Shown here: one piece after another, positions 1-14,100 of the stretch
Position numbering within the stretch: the first letter of the stretch is position 1
How the letters are laid out: every line of letters begins with the position of its first letter
Origin: Mytilus edulis
Taxonomy: Eukaryota
DNA: 64,000 bases
Direction of reading: 5' to 3'
Assembly (NCBI RefSeq): GCF_963676685.1
Contig: NC_092355.1
Span: forward strand, 26,288,001 to 26,352,000
Notes under the pieces: generated by a model
Seen by the model: the letters and a program-made list of their open reading frames with translations, nothing else
Databases searched by the model: none
What the model was told of the DNA's origin: nothing
Position numbers and translations under genes: made by a program

Positions 1-49
1 TAATTGTAATAGTAACTGTATACTAGTATCTTATCTTTTTCTTAGATTT

Positions 50-280
50 GGATTGTTGATATTTTAACGCCACTATTAGGCTTTTTCGTGGAAACCAGGT
101 TCAATTCATGGAGGAACCCACAAATAACCATCGACCTTCAATAAGGAAACTGACAATCTTAGCCACTTCAGATTTGAGTCAAGTTCACTCGAATGGGTGG
201 GGATCGAACTCACCACCTCAGAAATTGATTGGCTGGTGATTACAATTGTAGAACTACTTAGACCACGTGGTCAACGAGGC
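50..280 (-). mobile_element. tRNA-derived SINE, degenerate
   Basis: Minus strand begins gcctcgttgaccacgtggtctaag (A-box-like) and has GAGTTCGATCC (B-box), followed by a non-tRNA body. Confidence 0.6.
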
Positions 281-725
281 AGACATTCTATTTATTTATC
301 ATTATAGATTTACTGAGTGTATTGCTAACTAGAGTTTCCCCAAATCTAGTATTCAAATGTTTATAGTCACGAGAAGCATCTCGAAAAACGAACTTATACA
401 AACACAACTTTGAGGATACTCTCTAATCAAATTTGTGAGAACAGAAATAATGTTCTAAACAATTTAGTTGATTAAAATGTGTTTAGATGGTATATGCTAT
501 GTCTTGTAACTTTTCCGGATGTAGACATTAACATGATTAATGTGATAAAATAAAGTTGATTGCATAAATACATACAGATGACAATAACTGCAGCAAGATA
601 TAATGGTATTAATAAAAAAAAAACATAAACAAATTTAGAATAACAAAAGTTACTAGTATTTCACATTTAACAAATATATTCCGAATATAACAAAGTTTGA
701 TGGAAACTGGGATTTCCATGTTTTC

Positions 726-3700
726 TCATATCTTTGTAACAAGTTTAGCATTCTTGAATATTTTGTCTTCCGCTTGAAAACTCCACAAATGGGTTTCCCA
801 GTCTTCATTCGTTTTTTTACTGGTAAAGTCATATAACTAAAACAAAAAGACAAACAAAAAAAGAGGTAAGTTTTTAAAGTAATGTATATGTCTATTATGC
901 CGTCTTCATGACCTTTTATAATTCGGTCTTTGTATATGATAAAAATACAATGACGTACAACATCGGTCAAATTTACATTCATTTGGCATATGATCAGATT
1001 CCAACACTATATATCTAATAGATACAATACTATGATCAAATTTGAGAATTTGCAATTAAATTATGCGATGTCTGAAGTACAATGTGTAACTCGCTTTTTT
1101 TGCATGTCAAATGCGCGATTACAAACGACACTAAGAGGCGCATGACTTGAAATTTCGGAAGACCAAAACAATTCCAAAGTTGTAGAGCTCTTGAAACCAA
1201 AATTGTGCAACATGTTACAAATGTTTGAAAAAACAAATCAATGAAAAAGTTTAATGCATGAAACATGTAAAATAAATGTTTGATGGCAATGTTTTTCGCA
1301 ATTGACATGTGTTCGCTGAAGGTAAGAACCTTTCAGCAATTCTTGTCAATTACGAGAATGTTTAAGACAGCTTGTCACAAGTCTTACATACAATATTTTT
1401 ATCAAGATTAACTGAATATATAACTCAGCGGTCGACACGTTATGGTAAGAGAATTAGTAGATATAGTGCTGCTGGTCGAAGTTGAGTGAGTGGTGGAGCT
1501 GAATGTATATGTCATAATAGAATAGGCTTTGTGTGAAGTTTTTGAAAAAATAAATATTAATAATAATAGAAAAAGAGTAGAGAAGAAAACGTATATATAA
1601 TAATCATAACCGTTTTTCTTCTAGTACTTTAAAAATCTCTATCCCAATCTGGCCTTGTTGACGTTGATGTATCATTGACTGAGTTCCTCAATACCATACC
1701 ATATCAAATTTATCATGCGGTATACCTGCAAATTTAAATCTTTCATGTTGTTTGTGTGGTATATATATTGCTAGACTAAACTGGTTTAGAAAGTTACATA
1801 GTATCATAACGTTTTAGAAGAAAATCAAAAGAAAAACAAACCCCGCAAAAACAGCATTGCAACGGCTACAAAACCAGGTTAAATTCACCATTTGCTTCAT
1901 AAAAAGTGCCTTTGCAAAGTAAAAAATAATACAGTTTCTATGTGTATGAATGATACTACAAAAACAGGATCTATACCAAAGTCTGGTGGCACCAATCTCA
2001 AGTCAGAAAATCATAAGTTAAGGCCACACCAATTTGATTCCTTGTTCCGTTAAATTAATTATAAAAGTAATCTGAGCCGGTTTTTTTGTAAACAAGTGAC
2101 CCGAGCATGTAAGCATTGTTTTCCTTTCCCCTTACTTGCATTCTTTTGCAAAATCATGCTAATTTTCGTTGTTAGAATAAAATACACAGAACTTCTTAGG
2201 ATTAATGTATTCTTCAACTGCAGATTTAGTTGCCGGCGGAAGAAAACTATCGAAACCCACTACATGCTTATGCACTTATCCCGAGTCAGGAGCCAGTAGT
2301 TGTCGTGAGTTGGTGTGGTTGATAGTTATTTCTCCGTTTGTATATAGATAAGTTCGTAGGTTTACCTGTTTGAATTGTTTTACACTAGTAAAGTTAGGGT
2401 CCTTTATAGCTTGCTGTTTGGTATGTGTTAAAGGCCGTCGTACAATTGCAATTGTATTAATTTTAAATACATGATCAGTTAGGGAACAACCCTTTTAATA
2501 AACATTTATTAGATAAATAATCCTTTATAAGAGGGACTGTCACTCAGATAAGGTGTCATTTTACTATTATAGAAAAGAAGAAAGGAAAACTTAGATTAAA
2601 AAAAAGAGGGTATTTATCATATTTGGAACAACTTTTCTAAAAGAGAGGTCAACTTATTTATAATAGTCAAGAAGATATATATATATATATTTGAGTTCAG
2701 GAATATTACATGTTTGAACCATATCATACCAGATACATGTATAGTTCTTTGTTTCCAACCTTATTATGAATTGGATTGAAAATTGTCTCCTTGGCGCTAA
2801 TACTACATCCTATTATACACAAAGTGCCCAAAAAGACAAACATCTAAAATGAGAACACCGAAACAACAGAGACACATACAACCATCACATAACTAAAAAA
2901 CTAAAATGTACACACATCGACGAACAGCTCGACCCCCCTCCTCCATAAAAAAGATAAATCTTGGTAAACAAGACAAAAACACTAGGTCTTCATAATTAAG
3001 TAAATGTCAACGTACAAGTGGTAAATCAATTTTTATACCCTCTTTGTTTATCAATATTGTCAAAATTTATTTTTCCTATGTTTACAAAAAAACGTAATAG
3101 TCGCTCACCTTTACTTTTGAAGCTTCGCCTAAAAAAGTTGAAACTGTTTTGTTTTAATAAAATTTTCAAATCGCTCGCTCCGCCTAATGTTTGGAGTCGA
3201 AAAATCCGTAGAACAAATAATTTAATTGGTGTGGCCTAAGGAACAAAACAAATCAAAACAAGTAAACATGTCAAGGAGTTCAATTCCAGAACAAAAATCA
3301 AGAAAAGTAAAGGAATTTGTAATAACTTATGCATGCATATGGTGCTACAAGATATCTAATTACGATATATCTATATATTTGTTTTCAAATGACGGGAAAA
3401 CTTTCTCTTTATAATGCATATGGCATTTCTTACGGTATTATTTGTGTCTCAAATCAAAAGATAAGTAATATAGAATCTGCTTAGATTTTGACCGTTTATG
3501 AGCTGCATAAGTCTAAACATGAGTAATGTGGGGCAAACTGTTTAACGCTGTGTCGCAGAAAAAAACTAAGGAGCCTGACAAACAATTATCATTAACTCAC
3601 CAATTTTCTACAAAATAATATAACAATTTCCCTCAATAAAATACTCAAAGTACCCGATGGCAAGTTCACAGACTTTATCCGCTGTTTACATACTACCATA

Positions 3701-4298
3701 TGCCATGGCTTTGAATTGACGTGGTTCAACACGTGAACGTTGTTGCAAATTAAGCACTTTGTAACATTTTATCACTCCAATAAACTAACATATACAAATA
3801 TCATTTTTCTTCCTAATCAAAAATCAACGAAGCTATAGTACTCATATTTTACTTTACCATGGTCATCAAATTTTTATCTTTAATTGTTATTAAATATAGT
3901 ATTGTCTTTGTTATATTTAACTCTTTAAATCATTCTGAATAATGTTATCTTGATCAATTGAATCACAGTTTAGTTTGTATTACCTTGCTTTAAGTCTAAG
4001 ATAAACTTTGTCAGCAATAGCATACGTTAAACTGAACATCGATGTCTTTAATTCCAGTTTGTTTTTACAAAAAAAAAAAACATATGCTTTGTGTCTTTCT
4101 AATTTTCAATATTGTTGATGTTTTAAATTGCGCAAAGTATAGTAGCATCATATCATGCATATTTTACCCTAAATTTATATTTAAATTTAAAGCTTTGTCC
4201 CCAATGGTATTGCTAGCATGTTGTATCCGGGTTTCCACATTCTGCTCTTGTTCCTCTTTTATTTCGAAAGATACGAAAAATTCCAAAAGTTCAGATAT
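726..4298 (-). pseudogene. Pseudogene of the tandem muconolactone-isomerase-like gene
   Basis: Exon 4298-4168 (ISELLEFFVSFEIKEEQEQNVETRIQHASNTIGDKAL...) has ATA instead of ATG and is 131 nt versus 123 nt in the paralog, a frameshift. There is a remnant of the exon-3 end near 3858 (GACCATG|gtaaagt). Exon 1725-1610 (GIPHDKFDMVWY*GTQSMIHQRQQGQIGIEIFKVLEEKR) is 116 nt like the paralog, with an in-frame TGA at 1690-1688 and donor GT>TT. Last exon 836-726 is LYDFTSKKTNEDWETHLWSFQAEDKIFKNAKLVTKI*. Exon order and phases match 52076-57995. Confidence 0.85.
2021..3237. mobile_element. Non-autonomous TIR DNA transposon (Kolobok-like ends) with nested fragments
   Basis: Terminal inverted repeats AGGCCACACCAATT (2021-2034) and AATTGGTGTGGCCT (3224-3237) in TTAA/TAA context. 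Confidence 0.5.
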
Positions 4299-5802
4299 GA
4301 CTTCCTGGAAATACAAAATGATAAAAACAATAAAGCGGAACTCTCACTTTGAAGCAATTTCATTACATTCATTTATGTTTTAAGCAAGTGGAGTGTTCAA
4401 GGTAAATACTTTTAATATTAGACTTAAAATATTTTAGTTGTTAAACTGTCTTCCACCTAAGCGTAATCATTTGAAGTTTAGACTTGTCGAATATAAATTA
4501 CACAATTCAGTGGTTACAAATAGTAATTATAGTCCATCAGATGTAGTACGGATAACAAGCAAATCCTCAAATAGTTTTTGATGTGACCAGCCGTCTTATC
4601 AAGTGCATTCATTATTTACCATATAGATTAGGTCAAGCAAAAAGCGGAAGTAAAATACCATTATTAGAACTCATGAACTAATACAAATAGTTTAAAGTTT
4701 CTATTCACATTGATATGTGTAATCAAATGTATGTAGCATGTTTCATCACAAACTGTGCGATCACAAATAACATAGTGATCATATACTAAATATTCTATTT
4801 TAACATAAACTGATCATTTGCTGATGGTATAGTGTTTGTATTTCTTACCTTTCTTTCTTTATTTAGGTTCTAAAGTTGTCTTTTTCCATATGATAGATCA
4901 TTTAAAAGGGACGATAACTGTGAACCAGAATCGAATGTCAATACATTGATCGCATTACTATTGTCACAAATGGCGACCATGCAGAAAGACAGATTAATTA
5001 TCGCGTTGAATGAAATTGATAGAATTGATTTTCGAATATCTTGTACAATATAACAAAAACAATATTGTAGATAAAATATAAAAAGATTTATGATTTAGCA
5101 TAATTTTTAATGAGACAACTACCTACCCAAGAACAAATGACGTAAAAGTTAACATAAATAGGTAGCGATAAGTCTTTTAACAGGTCGAGAACTCTAGATT
5201 TTCTGACGTCAGAATATATTTGCATAGTAATTTCCAAAACACAAGGCCAATATGGCCTTGAAAAACTGACCAATCGACACAATGAACTACAATGCATTGT
5301 GGACTACTACGAGTAAACTACTACTTAAAACACGTGGAATTAGTGGGAAAACAGTCAATAAATATATTGTCTGGGACTCTCATTACCACAGTTTTTATTC
5401 TGCAAATATATTTAATGTAAAATATACAACGTAATCTTCAATTTGCATGCTCAGATTAAAAAAAATATTGTTTATTGGCTTCACGATTCGACTTTCTTTT
5501 TCGCCTTGCAAAAGTAGTTGAACCGGTTTTGTGCATTATTATAAATTGAACCTGCATTAATTTCACGACATGACACAGTGAAATATCCAATGAAGTGACC
5601 ACTGTCCAGTAAGAAAATCATTTGAGCTCTTTTAAACCTGTATAATGTCATTGCAAAATCATTTCTGCCTAGAAAAACACGAAACTTTCATTGAAACATT
5701 TCTTTCTGTACTGAATGTGTTTTTTTTGTTTTATCAGGACCTGAACTAATAGTAAGAACATCATAATATTCAGTATGCTAAAAAGAAGTGTTATGAAAGC
5801 GG

Positions 5803-5953
5803 CAGGGGCGGGTCAAGCCATTTTAAAAAGGGGGGTCCTAACCCAGGACAAAAGGGGAGGGGTTCCAACTACATGTCCCCATCCAAATGCACTGATCGTC
5901 CAAAAAAAAGGGGGTCCATCCACCGGAACCCCCGCCTCCTGGATCCGCCAATG
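5803..5953. mobile_element. Short GC-rich MITE
   Basis: caggggcgggtcaag...ctggatccgccaatg inverted ends; a related copy at about 13305-13447 lies just before SDR1 exon 2. Confidence 0.5.
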
Positions 5954-6679
5954 AGCGGGTACGGTATATAGCTCAATACATTTTTTATAGTTTAAATTCA
6001 TCCATCGATAATATCCGTTTGTTGCTAATTTTATCACAAAATATACCTCAGAGGTTTTTTTATCGTTCGGCTGCAGTCCTGTTGACATTTGTAAAATATC
6101 TCCAATATTAAAAGTCTCTGGATCATAGTGGGTGCCATATTACCTATTATTTTTTTTCTAAAACGTGCTTTGTATATAGAAATAAGAAGATGAGGTACGA
6201 GTGCCAAATGAGACATCTTTCCAACAAATACATAATTTAGTAAAGTAAGCAGTCATAGGTCCAATGCTGAAAAGTAAGCTATCAATGACCCAAAAATTAC
6301 TTGTGTAAAACAATCCAAACAACAAAAAAACCCCAAAAAACCGGCTCAATTAAATATATAAAAGGACAAGAAATCTATCCCATAAAAAAAATATATTGTA
6401 TAGGAGCCTGTATTTCAGTGGTTGTCGTTTGTTTATGTGTTACATATTTGTTTTTCGCTCATTTTTTTATATATAATTAAGGCCGTTAGTTTTCTCGTTT
6501 GAATTGTTTTACATTGTCATATCGGGGACTTTTATAATTTCTGTGTCATTTTGGTCTCTTGTGGACAGCTGTCTCATTTGCAATCATACCACATCTTCTT
6601 TTTTTTTATTATAGATCCAACGCTGCAATTTTCACAAAACATATAAAATTTTCCACCTTGTCGCACATAAATATTAATA

Positions 6680-6915
6680 AAATCATTACAGCTTATTTCT
6701 TATGCATGTGGAGCAAAACTTTGGTTAGCTTGCTTGCTTGTTTGTATATTGTACAAAATATAAAATATACAAGTTAAACTATGCCTATATATATATATAT
6801 TGTTTAAAGATGTCAATCTTATTTTCAAAGCTTGTATAAACAACTATACAAACAAAGCAAGCAAGCCAGCCAAAGTTTTACTTTGCAGGTTGAGGAAATC
6901 AGCTGTAATGATTTT
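6680..6915. repeat. Imperfect inverted repeat with arms of about 80 bp (foldback remnant)
   Basis: aaaatcattacagct...ttgcttgcttgtttgtata pairs with tatacaaacaaagcaagcaa...agctgtaatgatttt. Confidence 0.6.
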
Positions 6916-9825
6916 ATTCAGTTTGGCAAATGTCCGAGCCCGTTAAAAAACAAACAAACTGAAACTACAGTTGCTGACTTCACTACCTTCAAAAAAAGGG
7001 AACAGTTTGGAAGTCCCATATACTGAAATGTGACCTACAAAAATACTTATAAATAAATTTTGTTAACACTGCCATGTATGTAAATATTTCTTCGCCTTTT
7101 TTACGAACACAAAATTCAAGGATCCCACATTTGCCTTTAATTATCTATACGAACATTGCTGTACTCTTGAATATCAGCACCGGCTGTTATCGACGGCTTA
7201 CTTTACACCAGTAAGTTTGTCTCATGGGTAATTGTGTGTTTTCGCTGTTGTTTCGTTGCTTCTGGTGGACAAATACATGAAATCTCTGTGCCATCATCAA
7301 ACATGTTAATGGCTATATATCGGGTAATTCAAACCCTTTTTTCTTCACATAGAAACAACTCTTCGTTAATCTGAGCATGTAAGTAATACTTTATATCACG
7401 AACTATAAATGAGGATACACAAAATGAAAAACTAAGCGAAATTGTGAATCCCGCATTGCACGAAAAAATGTGTTGTATTTCAGTAAATAACACGTGTTCT
7501 TGGTTGATTGTAAACACGTAGTAGTCCATCATGCATTGTGACTCATTTAGTGGATTGGTCAAAAACCTAGGTAAAAATAAATTGCGTCACATGTAAATAA
7601 ACAATTACATGTGCGAGAACATAAGTATGCTAATTTATGCATTTCCATATAAGGTAGTGGTCCCGACCTGTTTAATAGTGATCAAAACACATACCAGATA
7701 GCAAAACGTATAAATACGTTTATCTACCTGTATTTGTATAGTAGAACGATCGATTGCAAAATAATAATAAAAAAAACCACACATTGTTTCCGCTATGTGT
7801 ACAAATGATGTAGTCATTATGGTTAAATTTTGTCAGGATAGATAAAAAATAAAACACGTCGCTAATTAAAATTATTGGCTTGCCGATCAATATTTTAACC
7901 TCTAACCCTTATTTTAACTTAAGGTAAGTGAATCAAAGTAACCACCTGACAAAAATCAACATTTATATTACAGTTTAAATACAATCAAAGGACGTTCGGT
8001 AGTGCGTATGGCAAAATGTTGGGTAATTTGCTAATTTGCATAGCGGCCATTTTACCTTATCATGACGGCAGCCATTACAATAGGGTTATATAAGCCCCTT
8101 AAAGAAAAATGCCAATATGCCAATACTAAACGTCGAATGAACAATTTGTTCGCATATATGTGAATTTAAGGCTTCTGTCCGTGTACATATGGGCATTGTC
8201 TACTCTGAAATTTTTCGGCCTTTTTAGTTGAAAAATCGCAAGCGTAACCATAGTATAATTACCATTTAAGATCATATAAAATGACGGAAAATCGGAAAAT
8301 CGCAACATTCAAAACAGAAACACACATGCTAGAAGATATTGTTCATGATCTGTTCGCATACAGGGAAACACCTCGTAGGTTGAATTCTAAAGTTAAATAA
8401 CTTTTAATTTACCTGTTTTTTTTAGTTTTCGGCCAAATTCTTTTAAAAACATGTTGATTTCAACCTTCCCATTTCGTAAAAATTCAAGTTTTGAGCATTT
8501 TCCCTTACAATTACACACCATTTTTTTGTAAATATCTGCCAAAGGTAGTTTTTAAAGCTACATTAGTTTTAGATACATGACAGAAAAGGACAGGATTATC
8601 CGCAAATCTAAAATAAATTATATTTTCAATCTCAAGCTAAGCATTGCTAAGGGAGGTAATTTGATCAAAAGGGAAAAGTCACGTTGTGCAAATCATTTGA
8701 ATAAAGCACCCTTGGTTTTGCCACATGGCTTGGCGGAAAATCCGATTGTCAGTTACCAATATATGGCGATGAGTTTAAGAAAAAGGAAACAGTTGTATAC
8801 CGCTGTTCAAAATTTTAAGTCGTAAACCGATTGAAACAAAACAAATCTGGGTTACAAACTTACACCAGGGGAAACATATCAACTCTCTCCTAACAGAACT
8901 TATCACATTTTACGTGTAGTTCTTTCACCTTTCCAGTGACTCCAACCATTTGTCTGTTTTCAATAATTTCATCTAAACGTGCAGTTTCAGACAGATTGTC
9001 TTCAGAAAGTTGAACATTCGTTTGGAAAACCGCTTCTGCCTTCTGTTCCTGTGTAGTCGCGTGGTGTCGTCTTTATGTTCTTCGTGATCAGAATATATGT
9101 TTTTCAATCAACTTAACAGATAGTAAGATTTCAAGTTAATCATATAAATTACTGATGTGACAAGAAGTTTAAGTTAAAGTAACATAATTACGTAACGTTT
9201 GTAAGCACACATATATGCAACAAAATATGTTTTTACTGTGATGTCCTAAGCTATGTCAAAACTTATATTTTGGCATTGCGCAAGGTTAATTTGTTTTTTT
9301 CTCAGACAGTTAATGAGCCTAGCGTCTTTACACTAAGATCGTTGCATTGGTACTGATGGATATTTGTTTGGGTACATAGGGTACTCACGTGAAATTCACC
9401 TCAAACGAGCTTATACGTGAAACTCATGTGAACATGTTCTTGTGAATTTCACCCCCCCCCCCCCCCACAAAAAAAAGTATTTTCATGATTTTAGTGAAAT
9501 TAAAACATATAGATGTTATTTGAATAATTTTATTTTGAAAATTCACGTGAAAAAGATTCCTTTGATTTTCATGTTAAATTTCCGTGAGTTTCACGTGTTA
9601 TTCACATGAGCGAAATTTCCCTGTGTAAACATCATGATGGCTTATGTATTTAAATTTGTTTTCAAATAGCTTTCAGTGACTGCGAGCACTAGTTAATGGG
9701 TACCATTTTTTTTTTCTATTCGTTTCGTGCTGATCTTTCTGTGAAACCCTAACAAATTATTTTATAGTTTGTTCTTATGTTGTACTGTTACACTTATAAC
9801 CCAGGTTACTAGAGGTTTGTTTTAT

Positions 9826-10210
9826 ATAAAGGCAACAGTAGTATACCGCTGTTCAAACTCATAAATCCATGGACAAAAAACAAAATCGGGGTAACAAACT
9901 AAAACTGAGGGAAACGCATAAATATAAGAGGAGAACAACGACACAACACTACAATGTAACTAACACACACAGAAACGGACCAAGCATCAGACAAAATCCC
10001 ACGAGAATAACAAATATAACATCAAAACCAAATACATGAATTTGGGATAGACAAGTACCGTGACACGTCTTATCGCAATGTCAATATACACTCAAAAATA
10101 AGAGAAAACAAACGACGCAACGTTAAATTGTAACACACACAGAAACGGACTATAATATAACAATGGCCATATTCCTGACTTGGTACAGGACATATTTAAA
10201 GGAAAAAATT
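9826..10210. repeat. Interspersed repeat; other copies at about 50706-50895 and 8790-8880
   Basis: Near-identical aaaggcaacagtagtataccgctgtt...actaaaactgagggaaacgc block. Confidence 0.7.
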
Positions 10211-11119
10211 ATCCCGTATAATTCTGTATATGTCCCAAGTCAGGAGTCATTGATTGCCATTGAATGGTGTCTGCCATATTTATTTTTCGTCTATTGTTTA
10301 TAGCCTCAATCAGCCGGTTGATGTTCTCTTTTGAAGTGTCTCACATTTGTCCTACCGGGGCCTTTCTAGTATACTCTATGGTACGGGTTTTGTTCATTGC
10401 TGAAAACCATACAATGACCTGTATTGGTCTAGTGTGCATAGTTTTTTTCATTGGAAATCACATCACTGTGTTTGCTTTAAATCCAATGGAAAATATTTCA
10501 TGATAGCTGCACGTCTGGTATCAAGATGTATCACATGTAGTCTCTATTTTATATGCAGCTCCAAGTTTGGTATCAAGATTAATAAAGGCAGACGTTTAAG
10601 CATCACTTCCGCAAAATAAATATTTATTACGACAGAGGTTTTTAGTATAGAAGCGATTCTAGCTACACGTTCGGGGATCGGTATCAAAATAATTTCAGAG
10701 GAGGTTCTAGCTGCATGTTTGATATCAAACTTATTACAGAAGATATTTTTAAGAACATGGTATATTTATACACGCACTGTGTACCAGATAAATTGATCCT
10801 TGAAATTGACAAAATTAAAATAAAGGTCAGTGATATTTATGCAATTTTACTTTACGATAACATCGGTGTGCAACGTGTGCATGATGTTACATATGATACG
10901 TAAATTACAATGTAACTGTAGCTTGGACAAGTTTATCTTTTTTAGATCTTTTGTATTATGTCGTACACATTCGTCATAAATCGGCCGATTCCGTACCTTC
11001 ATCGGGTAGAAGGAGTGTAGCGGAGTCTCCTTAGGATTGCCGATTGATCAGATAGAAAATGAGTTGTGGAGTCACCCGATAGTTGCCAATTGAACTCTGA
11101 CAATTTCTGATTGAAAAAC

Positions 11120-14100
11120 ATGGCTTACTTCAGAGAAAAAGTTGTCCTTGTAACAGGTAGGAATCATGTTCTGCTATCCGTCTGACTTTTCTAAAACATG
11201 TGAAGATTATTAAATTTGCTGTGTATTATATATTGCAAATGTATATATCTTTTTCCCCATAGTAATAGATTACTAACGGACTGTCCTTGGCGATAATGAT
11301 GATCTTGTCATAAAGAAATCAAAGAGAAATTACTTCAAAATCACGCGTGAAATTTAATTCTAGTTTGGTTACAAATGTTTCAAACATAATGATAATACCT
11401 CTTTTGAAAAAGCAGACCACTCGTTTTATATTAAAATTGAGGGTACGGAAGGGGATTTTTAGAATAGAGAATAATAGGGAGAAAATATATAATGAATAGA
11501 GAAGAATGGACAAAAAAAAAGAAATAAAGATAATAACCAGGTTTGGCAATATGAAGAATATTGCAAAATTGCTCAAGAATTAAAGAATACAAAAATGAAA
11601 GACTCCACCAAGGCACTCAAATATTGTACGACTTGAGATTCCTAAAAATGTTATATCTCACCCTGAATTAAAATAAATCGCTGATTTCCAATGTTATTGT
11701 TAGCCGCTGATATGGGTATGGTATTAGTGATTCAACGTATGCCCTAGTTTTATGTTTAATTTCAATAGATCTGTAAAAATCTGCATTAGTTCAGACTTGA
11801 CAACCTAAAACAATACATATTGAGAATACTTATTAATGTTGTTATTGTTTTTCTGTTATGAAACTCATTTTATAGCACATAAGACATAAGACATTTTATT
11901 TCACTAAAGACCCCAATGGGATATGAAGTACAATATTTTTCCTATTGTAGTAATTTAATCATCATGACTTTATCAGGTGACAATACCAACACTTAAAATC
12001 TAGGCTAAAATGAGGCTTATACATAATTAAAAATTTTAATTCAGTCGGGGACCCGCCGTTATCGCGGGTGTGTTCTAGTATAATATAATATATAATGAAT
12101 ACTGATATGTGACAGGAAGTACAAATTATAGTAACATGATTAAGCACATGTTTTAAAAGGTTTGAATAACACTTTTTCAAAATTTCAAAAGAATAAAAAG
12201 ACTGAGATATGGGGTACATGTCAATAAAACAGCAACAAAACAACACAAATAACCCAATGACAACTAATAAATCTAAAACGCCGAGTTGTATTCAAGTGCA
12301 TTTTTTGCGACAGACCTATACAAATGTCAATCTTATAAAGATCTCCAAGTTTTTCGAACGTAAATTTATCAATCTGATTTTGAGTGATGCCTTATCACTA
12401 GATATGATTACCAACGAATTTAACAGGAGCAACACGACGGGTGTTACTAGCAGAACAGGAAATGTTGACATTTTCTGAGAACCTGAGATGACCAGCGGAT
12501 TTTGTTGCTCAATATTTAGTTTCTGTGTAGAGTACTTTTTATTCGGTTGTTAGTCTATTTGTCGTTTTTTTGTTACCGTCTGTATGTCATCCGGTTAATG
12601 ATTTTGTTTAAACTGTCGATTAATTCGTTGTTGACTTTTTAACCTTGAATTGACACAAAAGTACTCCTTGAATTGTAACATCAGTGAAAATAACAGAGGT
12701 TGGGGGTAAACAAAGGTGCAATAATAGTATATAATGATGGTAGTATGTGGTACATGTAAATAAAACAGCAACCAATCAACACAAATAACCCAATGACAAC
12801 TAATAAATCTAAAACCACGAGCTGTATTCAAGTGCATGTTTAGCGACAGACCTACGCAAATGTCAATTTTACCATAACGATCTCCAATTTTTTCAAACGT
12901 TAATTTATCAATCTGATATTGAGTGATGCCTTATCACTAGAAATGACTTCATGTACCAACGAATTTAACAGGAGCAAAACGACGGATGTTACTAGTAGAA
13001 CAGGAACGATTGACATTTTCTGAGAACCTGAGATGACCCTCTGATTTTTTCTGTTCGCGATAATCAATATTTAGTTTCAATGTAGTGTACTTTTTAATCG
13101 GTTGTTTATCTATTTGTTTTTTTATGTTTACTATGCTACCGTCTGTATGTCTTCCGCTTAATGATTTTTTTAAAACTGTCAATTGATTTGTTGTAGACTT
13201 TTTAACTTTGAATTGACACTCCTTGAATTGTGACATCAGTAAAATTAAGAAAAAAAAACCGCCCTCTTCAATTTTTTGTTGTTTTGCAACATGCAGAGCT
13301 ACTTTGCGGATCCAGTGGTTGGGGTCCGGGGGTCGGAACCCACTCATTCTATTTATTTATTTCTATTTTTTTTTTAATTATGTGAACGTTTCATGGTGTT
13401 CCGGCAGTTGCAACCCTCAGTTTTCAAAATGGCTGGTTCCGCACCTGAAGATTGTGTTTATATTAATCTTTCAGGAGCAAGTTCTGGTATAGGAGAAGCC
13501 ACCGCTGTTAAGTTAGCAGAACATGGTGCCACCTTATTTTTAGTGGCTCTCGAAGAGGACAAATTACAAATTGTACAACAAAAGTGCAAGGAAAAGGGTT
13601 TAGTAGAAGAAAAAGTAAGTTATTTAAATTTTAATATAAATATAATTTTGTCGCTCAATTATCAAGATCATCATGATAATAATTTTATAAAATGTATACT
13701 CAATCTTGTTTTCTAGTGTCACATAGACTAACATTAAAATACCTGGATTGAAGGTTGAATGAATAACCGTTTGACGTCCTGTGGTAAATGTTACACGCAT
13801 ATTTGGACGATAAGATGTCAATGTGATACGAACATGAACAATACCATCTCTATAGGAAAACGGGGGTCTGAAGGAATTTTACAGAGTAGAGAGTAATGAA
13901 CCAAATCTACAGCAAAATGACGCTCAAGGTTGATTTTACAGAATAAGATATACACCAAAATGGGGGTCTGGGTGGATTTGGATTACTGAGCCAAATAAAC
14001 AACAAAATGGGTGACTGGATGGGTTTTACAGAGTAGAGAATAATGAGCTAAATCTACAGCTAAATGATGGTCTGGATAGGCTTTACAGAGTAGGGAATAC

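Noticed and set aside
1688-1690. In-frame TGA as selenocysteine
   Set aside because: It aligns to Asp, not Cys, in the paralog, and the same gene has lost its ATG, a donor and its frame.
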